From an uncultured virus (IMG/VR IMGVR_UViG_3300011008_002732) (taxonomy: Duplodnaviria; Heunggongvirae; Uroviricota; Caudoviricetes), in the IMG/VR virus record IMGVR_UViG_3300011008_002732: a stretch of 64,000 bases of DNA; one strand, given 5' to 3'. A program made the position numbers and the translations under genes. Under the pieces are notes generated by a model. The model saw only the letters and a program-made list of their open reading frames with translations, ran no database searches and had not been told where the DNA came from. This document shows, piece by piece, positions 57,754-64,000 of the stretch. The stretch's first letter is position 1. The number at the start of each line of letters is the position of its first letter.

Positions 57754-58150
57754 CTTCTTCCAAGTGGTCTTCTACATACTTCTGAAAATCCTGCTTAACG
57801 TCCTCATCGGACATATTTTCAGCAGACTCGTCAGATACCCACTCGTCGATTAGTTCTTTAAAATCTTCGTCATACTCCTCTTGAAGGATGCTGCGGTAGT
57901 GGTCCTCCCAATCCTCATCATCTTGATTGGTCAGCGCCTCATAGTTCCGATAGCCGAGCAGATCAGCAATCTGGTCTCGCTCTAACCACAGGAAATCATT
58001 CAGTTCCGTGTCGGTGATGCCATCGGGGTACATTTCCTCGATGTGCTGCTCCAGCCTTTCACAATCGGAATGGCTCAAATCGTCCAAGGTGTCCTTTCCA
58101 CCCGACCATGCCTCAAAGTTTTCAAGGCTTTCGTAACAGATAATCTTCAT
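57719..58150 (-). CDS. Hypothetical protein
   Basis: 143 aa acidic, AAGAGCAATG leader. Confidence 0.7.
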   Translation of the reverse strand: MKIICYESLENFEAWSGGKDTLDDLSHSDCERLEQHIEEMYPDGITDTELNDFLWLERDQIADLLGYRNYEALTNQDDEDWEDHYRSILQEEYDEDFKELIDEWVSDESAENMSDEDVKQDFQKYVEDHLEEDEDEDEETDNQ

Positions 58151-58270
58151 TGCTCTTTACTTTTTACATTTCTTATATAACAAAGAGGGGGGAGGGGGTC
58201 TGCTTTTACGTCTGCCTTATCCCTCATTTGCGATAGCCGACGAACGCTATCTTTCGATCACACCCAGCTC

Positions 58271-58660
58271 TTATTCCCTTATCTTATTCATTTCCGATAC
58301 CAGCCAGTCTATCTCTGCCTCTGTCAGCGGATAGCCCTGCTCTCTCCTGAAGTTGATGATGAACAACTGACCTACGGCATCCAACAGGCGGTCGTAGATA
58401 TTGGAGGGGATGGCACCTTCAAAGTCGGCTATCAATCCCTTCACGAAGTTCTGCTTGCTTTCCTTGGCTTTCTTCTTCTCCTCCTGTACCTGCTGCTCAT
58501 AGATGGAGGCTTTCTGATAGAACTGGCAGCAGTACTCCAGCCCGAAATCATTCTTGATGTTCTCACACATCTGGTCGATGTCGTGCGCTCCGAAGAAATC
58601 TTGGAAGTAGGTGTCACCTTTGAGTGACTGCAAAATCTGAATTTCTTGTTTCTTATCCAT
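58271..58660 (-). CDS. Hypothetical protein
   Basis: 129 aa, AAGAGCAATG leader. Confidence 0.7.
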   Translation of the reverse strand: MDKKQEIQILQSLKGDTYFQDFFGAHDIDQMCENIKNDFGLEYCCQFYQKASIYEQQVQEEKKKAKESKQNFVKGLIADFEGAIPSNIYDRLLDAVGQLFIINFRREQGYPLTEAEIDWLVSEMNKIRE

Positions 58661-58689
58661 TGCTCTTTTCTTTATAGATGAATACTCTC

Positions 58690-58872
58690 TTAGTTGAAGT
58701 ACGCTGTTCTGATGGCTTTCTTCACCGTCCTTTCAGCGTGGATATAGCCACCTCCGCAGAGTCTTTTGATTTCACCATTCTCGCTTTCTGCGAAAGTGCC
58801 TCTCTGAATGAAGTCAGACCAAACCTTGAATTGCTGACCCTTTACTTCGATGTTTCTTACGTTTGCTTTCAT
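58690..58872 (-). CDS. Hypothetical protein
   Basis: 60 aa from MKANVRN, AAGAGCAATG leader. Confidence 0.6.
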   Translation of the reverse strand: MKANVRNIEVKGQQFKVWSDFIQRGTFAESENGEIKRLCGGGYIHAERTVKKAIRTAYFN

Positions 58873-58907
58873 TGCTCTTCTTTGTTTTATGAGGTTCTTT
58901 AATTTGA

Positions 58908-58940
58908 TGTAAAGGTAGTCATTTTTTTGCAAATGACCAA
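58908..58940 (-). promoter_or_regulatory. Early promoter/operator copy heading the operon that runs into the PRTRC cassette
   Basis: 33/33 identical to 37308-37340. Confidence 0.75.
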
Positions 58941-58986
58941 ATTTCTCGGGCATTATTTTCGCTATAAAAACATAATAATCAATGAT

Positions 58987-59277
58987 TTAACTTTTGCTTG
59001 CACAAGACCTTAAATCAGACAAGGAAACCTGCTTGATGTCCTCAATGGAATACTTCTCCAGCAGCCATCCGGCGAATGTCTGTCGCCCGTCGGAGTGCCA
59101 GTAATATCTCGAATATAACCGCTGGCGCAAGATTCTCCTTTCGCGCTTCTCTGGGTTTTCCTGCTCACTCTTTTGGAGCCATTTCTTCTGTGCTTCAGCA
59201 CACCTCCTTCTGAAGTGAAGGAAATCGTCCTGGCTGTCGAAGTGCTCACGTTTGTACTTGTTCTGCTTCTTTGTCAT
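58987..59277 (-). CDS. Hypothetical basic protein (paralog in the element at 20047-20358)
   Basis: KYKREHFD..LRQRLYSRYYW. Confidence 0.75.
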   Translation of the reverse strand: MTKKQNKYKREHFDSQDDFLHFRRRCAEAQKKWLQKSEQENPEKRERRILRQRLYSRYYWHSDGRQTFAGWLLEKYSIEDIKQVSLSDLRSCASKS

Positions 59278-59442
59278 ATCAGTCTCTATTGATGTAACCT
59301 ATTCTGTCCTCACCATAATCATCCATCCATGTGTGAGGGCCATCGTCTAACTTAGCCTTGCCTCCGTCAATGTATCGGACGCAATGCTCCTTGAGGGCGC
59401 AACGGTAAGCGTTGCAGTAACAAAAAATCTGTCTTCATATCT

Positions 59443-59880
59443 TCATTTCTTGATTTTGTCTAACCAAACATTATCATTCTCAAAGTAGAAGCGATAGCCC
59501 ATGTACTTATGGTCGGTATTCACGGCTCCATTCCTGTCAAGCGTTCCACGCTGGTTCTGACGACAGCAACGGGCAACATTGTATCTGCTACCATTACACC
59601 ACTGAGCAGCGGCATCCACATAGAAAAAGAACAGGAACTTACCCTCATCCGTCACGGCTATAACTGCTTTCTTAGGCCGGCCCGAATTAGGTCCGCCTCC
59701 GTTGTTCCTGTGCAGTTCAAGGTTCTTCCAGCCTTTGGAGCAATTCTTCTGCTTATGCTTTGGAAGGTACTCGCTCCATTTCCTGCCCTTGTTCGCAGGG
59801 GTGTGGCCTTTCAAGAAGCGTCCGTTGACAGGGTTCCTGTAACTTCTTTCCGATTCTATGTACAATTCTCCGTAACTCAT
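59443..59880 (-). CDS. NUMOD-type DNA-binding motif protein
   Basis: GRFLKGHTPANKGRK; KAVIA..AAAQW..VARCC. Confidence 0.55.
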   Translation of the reverse strand: MSYGELYIESERSYRNPVNGRFLKGHTPANKGRKWSEYLPKHKQKNCSKGWKNLELHRNNGGGPNSGRPKKAVIAVTDEGKFLFFFYVDAAAQWCNGSRYNVARCCRQNQRGTLDRNGAVNTDHKYMGYRFYFENDNVWLDKIKK

Positions 59881-60356
59881 AAGTCTTCAAATAATTCCAG
59901 TTGTCTGATTGGTTCCTTGTGGTCCCTATGCTCGCTCATGTACCATGCGCGAAGTTCATTGGCAATCCTCGTTCTCTCAGCAATGCTGACATTCTTCTGA
60001 TCTGCAAGGCTGTTTGCTCTGAGGGCGGCTTCAAGGCTACCGCCAATCTTCTTGTCGTCGAGAAACACCATGTACTCCGTAAACACTCTGTTGGTAGACT
60101 TGGCATCCTCAGCCTCACCCTCCGTCTGGTATCTCCAGCATACCGTGTACTGAGCACTCCGCATTGACTTGCTCATACGATGGTGGTCAGCCACCCCCTC
60201 TGTATTCTCGTAGATGATACTGATACCTTCGCGCTTTCTTATCTTGCCGAGTTTGGCCCAGCCGTAGTAAACACGAAGACGAGACGGCTTCTTCTGAGTT
60301 TGAGGATTCTGCTTCAACTCAAGCCTCTTCAACTGGTCTATGAGGACGGTATTCAT
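59877..60356 (-). CDS. Hypothetical protein
   Basis: About 159 aa from MNTVLID. Confidence 0.6.
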   Translation of the reverse strand: MNTVLIDQLKRLELKQNPQTQKKPSRLRVYYGWAKLGKIRKREGISIIYENTEGVADHHRMSKSMRSAQYTVCWRYQTEGEAEDAKSTNRVFTEYMVFLDDKKIGGSLEAALRANSLADQKNVSIAERTRIANELRAWYMSEHRDHKEPIRQLELFEDL

Positions 60357-60703
60357 AACTTGCTGTTCTTTCTGGTCTCTGCCCTGTGCTTGGCATCGTA
60401 CCTGTTGTGACATGCCTGGCACAAAGCACGAAGATTATCTGGGTCGCAATTCTCTGGCTGATGGTCGAGGTGGGCGACTGTCAAAACGATATGAGCAAGT
60501 TTCCCTGTTTTCTCATTCCAACGGTCGGTGTGATTCTCAACACCGCAGAACTCACAGCGGTTATTGGCTCTCTTCAATATAGATGCTCGTATCTCTTTCC
60601 AGTTGGCAGGATAACGGCTCTTATTCTCTGGTCTTATTGGGTGCTCATCACGATAGACTTGCATCTTCAAAATAGCACGTTTCAGTTCGTCACCTATTGT
60701 CAT
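60353..60703 (-). CDS. HNH endonuclease-like protein
   Basis: CEFCG..LTVAHLDHQPENC..NLRALCQACHNRYD. Confidence 0.8.
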   Translation of the reverse strand: MTIGDELKRAILKMQVYRDEHPIRPENKSRYPANWKEIRASILKRANNRCEFCGVENHTDRWNEKTGKLAHIVLTVAHLDHQPENCDPDNLRALCQACHNRYDAKHRAETRKNSKL

Positions 60704-60847
60704 ACCTTATTCTACGTTTTTTGTTAGACTTTTTACGATGTTCGTATTTTGTCTGGTTTCTGGCAATGTCGCAAGGCTTAGTGCCTTGACAGATGCAGTG
60801 ATTTCCATACATCTTACTCTTTTGGTAATACTTACATCCAGTACACT

Positions 60848-61063
60848 TCATTTTGAACCTCCTTTCTCTTTAACATTCTGGAGTTTCTTTCCAGTCATGG
60901 GGCATATATCACCAACAGGAGCGGCACCGTCTTTCAGTCCAAAGTCGCAACTCTGAGTATCTGCGCCTGTACGGTTCCATCCATCGACTGGAGTATAGCC
61001 ATGCTCACAATTCAAACACTTACGCTTCATACTATTTGGAATAGAAATTACACCAACGTTCAA
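60848..61063 (-). CDS. Small Cys-rich hypothetical protein
   Basis: CLNCEH..C..C; start uncertain. Confidence 0.45.
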   Translation of the reverse strand: MNVGVISIPNSMKRKCLNCEHGYTPVDGWNRTGADTQSCDFGLKDGAAPVGDICPMTGKKLQNVKEKGGSK

Positions 61064-61436
61064 AATAGACTATACCATAGAATGGTTCTTTTATCTTTGC
61101 CCACACATCACTGAAAGTCTCTGGGATATTCCTCATTATGAAACCATCACCAGTGCTACCGTCTGCATACTCGTAACCGCTTTTCTTTTCATCCTGCTTG
61201 CAGAGGAATTGAACAATTATTTTTGCAACGATGGAAGCATCAAAATCAAACTGGTACTGTTGCCACCCTTTTATGTCGCTGTCACCTTTCCAACCTATGC
61301 AGTATTTACCATCATCTGTTGTCTGGAAGACAATTTTGCTATGGCTATTTTCAGAAAAGGACAACGCAAATCGTAACACCTCTTCTAACAGTTCCATGCG
61401 ACCAGATATTTGAAAGACTTGATTACTTGGAAACAT
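61032..61436 (-). CDS. Hypothetical protein
   Basis: 134 aa. Confidence 0.6.
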   Translation of the reverse strand: MFPSNQVFQISGRMELLEEVLRFALSFSENSHSKIVFQTTDDGKYCIGWKGDSDIKGWQQYQFDFDASIVAKIIVQFLCKQDEKKSGYEYADGSTGDGFIMRNIPETFSDVWAKIKEPFYGIVYFERWCNFYSK

Positions 61437-61555
61437 CTTACTTTCCTCCTTTCACAAAAATCACATTCTTGCCATCTGACCTATAATCTTTGTGGCAATG
61501 ACCACTAAACTTGCAATCATCACCTCCAGCAAGAAAAGCGCAACCGCTACAGTCT

Positions 61556-61912
61556 TCATTGTCGGTTTTCTCGACACACAGCAAATGCTCCCCCAATTAG
61601 AGCATCAGCAAACGACACAGCGGATGAGGCACAAACTTCTGCTAAAGTCTTTCCTTCGGCATCATCACCCAAACTATGACCTGACATCAATATGGAGCGA
61701 GAAGTTTCAGCGGCATAAGGCAGCATTTCCCTTGCTATCTCATATCTACGCTGTTCCCAATCCACACTTGCAGGAAACTCAAACATTTCTGTCGGAATAA
61801 TGATTTTGTTAGAATCTTTTGGGTCGAAAAAACCAATAACTTTCGTTTCCTGTGCATCAAAGCACGGAATCATATCGACCATCTTTTCTTCTGCTCTACT
61901 ATATACTTTCAT
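61556..61912 (-). CDS. Hypothetical phage protein
   Basis: DWEQRRYEIARE..AVSFADALI motif common in Bacteroidales phages. Confidence 0.65.
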   Translation of the reverse strand: MKVYSRAEEKMVDMIPCFDAQETKVIGFFDPKDSNKIIIPTEMFEFPASVDWEQRRYEIAREMLPYAAETSRSILMSGHSLGDDAEGKTLAEVCASSAVSFADALIGGAFAVCRENRQ

Positions 61913-62084
61913 TTCTTGATTATCTCTTTAATTGAGGTTGTGGCAAACCTTTCGGCATCCACTTCCACGAATTTAACCATTCCTACTATTAAATTCTTGA
62001 TTACAGGATTGTCGGTCTGACTTATCAACATGCGTCCGTCTTTCGTTACCAGTGTTATCTGGCAGGTTTCAATATCAGCGGTAG

Positions 62085-62267
62085 TCATAGATGGTCATAT
62101 TCAATTTCCTGCCAATCCTTACCATTGAATGTAACTTTGTCGGCAGCGACATCAATAACACAGTTGATTGTCTCACCATTCCACATATTTTCGTAGGTGT
62201 ACCAGTCAGTCCAAAATGCTGTCTGATCTTTGCATATTACCAAATACTTCATATTATCTGTATTCAA
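62085..62267 (-). CDS. Hypothetical protein
   Basis: 60 aa, coupled. Confidence 0.55.
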   Translation of the reverse strand: MNTDNMKYLVICKDQTAFWTDWYTYENMWNGETINCVIDVAADKVTFNGKDWQEIEYDHL

Positions 62268-62476
62268 AGCGTTTTAACCTCTTCTTCGATTTCTTCATTG
62301 CGCTCAAATAGTGCTTTCAGAATCTTATCTTTCGTTTTGCGGTCATGGACACAGGCGAAAGTGTCATTTCCATAAACCTTAACCATACCATCACCTTGTA
62401 AGAAACTGACGGCAGTTTTCAATTCTTTCAATTCATTGGCCAGTTGGTTGGCCCTCTGTAAATTCCGTATTTCCAT
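62264..62476 (-). CDS. Hypothetical protein
   Basis: 70 aa, coupled. Confidence 0.55.
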   Translation of the reverse strand: MEIRNLQRANQLANELKELKTAVSFLQGDGMVKVYGNDTFACVHDRKTKDKILKALFERNEEIEEEVKTL

Positions 62477-62478
62477 AA

Positions 62479-62940
62479 TTAAAATAATCTTGACCTAATA
62501 CGATTCCAATAATTCTTTTTCGAGTAGTTCCTACGCTTATCGTAGGCATAGAGTTTTGAACGGTATGGGGGCAATTCCCTCTCTGGCTCATTCAGAATGG
62601 CAGCATCCATCAACTGTATCTCTGGCGGTTCTGGCATGGTCAGAACATGACACGGCACAGCTTCCGTTACAACCTCAATGGCACGAAACACCTCTTCACT
62701 GACTTCAATATGCACGTCAACGGTCTGTTGCTCCACGTCAGGCGCAAGCTGCTCACTCTGGAACTCTAACCATGTGTCGATGTCAGAGCGAGAGACACGG
62801 CCCACACTCAACGCTTCTACAAACTGACACAAAGAATCATATCCAGTACCAATGCGCTTTTTGAGCATTCCGTATCTGGCATAGATGGTGCCAACTTTGA
62901 ATCTTATCGTATATTCCAGTTCTGCCATGTTGCCAGTCAA
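62479..62940 (-). CDS. Hypothetical protein
   Basis: 153 aa, coupled. Confidence 0.55.
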   Translation of the reverse strand: MTGNMAELEYTIRFKVGTIYARYGMLKKRIGTGYDSLCQFVEALSVGRVSRSDIDTWLEFQSEQLAPDVEQQTVDVHIEVSEEVFRAIEVVTEAVPCHVLTMPEPPEIQLMDAAILNEPERELPPYRSKLYAYDKRRNYSKKNYWNRIRSRLF

Positions 62941-63521
62941 CTCAATTTGAACGTGAACACATAAACATAAGGGTTACTATCCCATGTTCCCTTACCGCTA
63001 ACCTTATCAATGAGGGAAGAGAACGCATCCTTTGGGGTACGATACCATTTTGATTTCCCCTCTCCAATCCGATAGCCATATTTAGCCACGCCTTTAGGGT
63101 CATACATTATTCCCTCTGCCAGACAATCTTCATCCGAAATGTCCTGCAGACGTTCAAAGTCAACTCCAGTTATCTTGATTCTGACAGGCATATATTCAGC
63201 CTTGACGAACATCTTATTTCCCCAACCTGGCGATTCAGTTATAAACTCATCACCAACCATTTCAAAGTCTGAATCTGGGTAGATTTCTCTATACCTCTGC
63301 GCAACGGCAATAACCTCACCGACCTTGATAGGACACACTTTCAGAGCAAACTCTTTCAACGGCAATTCACGTTGGGTTGGATTTCCGAGAATACCTGTCA
63401 ACTCTTCTGCAATATCCCACTGCCGGACTACTCTTGACGCAATCCGTCTGGTCTTACTTTTTGCTCCATGAATGACAGATGCGGTCAAGCCACACCTGTC
63501 ATTGAACATCATCTTTCTCAT
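62937..63521 (-). CDS. ASCH/PUA-like phage protein
   Basis: KSKTRRI..MPVRIKITGV..ERLQDISDEDCLAEGI..WDSNPYVYVFTF. Confidence 0.7.
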   Translation of the reverse strand: MRKMMFNDRCGLTASVIHGAKSKTRRIASRVVRQWDIAEELTGILGNPTQRELPLKEFALKVCPIKVGEVIAVAQRYREIYPDSDFEMVGDEFITESPGWGNKMFVKAEYMPVRIKITGVDFERLQDISDEDCLAEGIMYDPKGVAKYGYRIGEGKSKWYRTPKDAFSSLIDKVSGKGTWDSNPYVYVFTFKLS

Positions 63522-63793
63522 ACCTCCTTGATTTCAAAAACGTGGAACACCAGTTTACCTTCATACATCTGGACGGTGCCGATGTAGTTTTCAATGATGC
63601 TGTCTTCGACAGGGTAGCCAGTTCCGGCTATGCGGAACCAGCGTTCCTCCAATGTCATTTTGTTTGGGTCAACAGCTGCCCAAAGGCAGGGTCTTCCGTT
63701 CTGAACTTGAACGGAAAGAACCCTTGCGCCCTTTGGCATCATGACTACCACTTCGTCTTGAATGTCGAGCGGATATTTGTACACCCTTTTCAT
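63518..63793 (-). CDS. Hypothetical phage protein
   Basis: VYKYPL..MPKGARVLSVQ..GTG..YIGTVQ..VFHVFE. Confidence 0.65.
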   Translation of the reverse strand: MKRVYKYPLDIQDEVVVMMPKGARVLSVQVQNGRPCLWAAVDPNKMTLEERWFRIAGTGYPVEDSIIENYIGTVQMYEGKLVFHVFEIKEV

Positions 63794-64000
63794 TCCTCAG
63801 CCTCCTTTCTGTTGAATGGACCAACATAGTCAGCCCAAATCTGGATGAACTGCTTACCGAAGTAGACGGCCAGTTCATCTGACTTGACAGCAAGGCGAGA
63901 GCCGATGNNNNNNNNNNNNNNNNNNNNNNNNNNNNNNNNNNNNNNNNNNNNNNNNNNNNNNNNNGAGATATTGGCAGTTCGGCTTAACTCATCATATTCC
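63790..64000 (-). CDS. Partial phage protein ending IGSRLAVKSDELAVYFGKQFIQIWADY, interrupted by an N gap (63908-63963)
   Basis: Manual translation; stop overlaps next start (ATGA). Confidence 0.55.
   Translation of the reverse strand, partial: EYDELSRTANIXXXXXXXXXXXXXXXXXXXXIGSRLAVKSDELAVYFGKQFIQIWADYVGPFNRKEAEE

Larger units (their letters stand above)
1..64000 (-). mobile_element. Siphovirus-type prophage/phage of a Bacteroidales host (putative helper), extending beyond both window ends and interrupted by a nested element at 13967-34240
   Basis: Co-oriented terS-terL-portal-MuF-scaffold-decoration-capsid-neck-tail tube-chaperone-TMP-tail genes in canonical order; TAnnTTTG-like promoters typical of Bacteroidetes; no host housekeeping genes seen. 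Confidence 0.93.

Noticed and set aside
1..64000. CRISPR array, rRNA or IS transposase
   Set aside because: No regularly spaced repeat-spacer array, rRNA-like sequence or transposase ORF was seen

Overview
The window is part of a long-tailed (sipho-type) temperate phage or prophage of a Bacteroidales (Prevotella-like) host, with almost all genes on the minus strand. From right to left it holds small early genes, a PRTRC (E1/E2/ubiquitin-like) cassette, tRNA-Asn, a putative modification cluster (opine dehydrogenase, amidoligase-GNAT, ParB-like, ATP-grasp), terminase, portal, an extended MuF, scaffold, head decoration protein, capsid, neck, tail, tape measure protein (TMP) and a partial tail protein. 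Main finding: a 20.26 kb integrase-bearing element (13967-34240) sits inside the phage's head decoration gene. It is flanked by a perfect 12-bp direct repeat, and precise excision would rebuild a 136-aa ORF. The element has its own integrase, replication genes, regulators and toxin-antitoxin pair but no recognisable capsid, terminase or tail tube. It does encode diverged paralogs of the host phage's portal, tail assembly chaperone and TMP, and carries a near-copy of the host phage's early promoter/operator. This is best read as a phage satellite nested in its helper that may remodel the helper's portal and tail. All family assignments come from visual motif recognition and gene context; no database searches were run.
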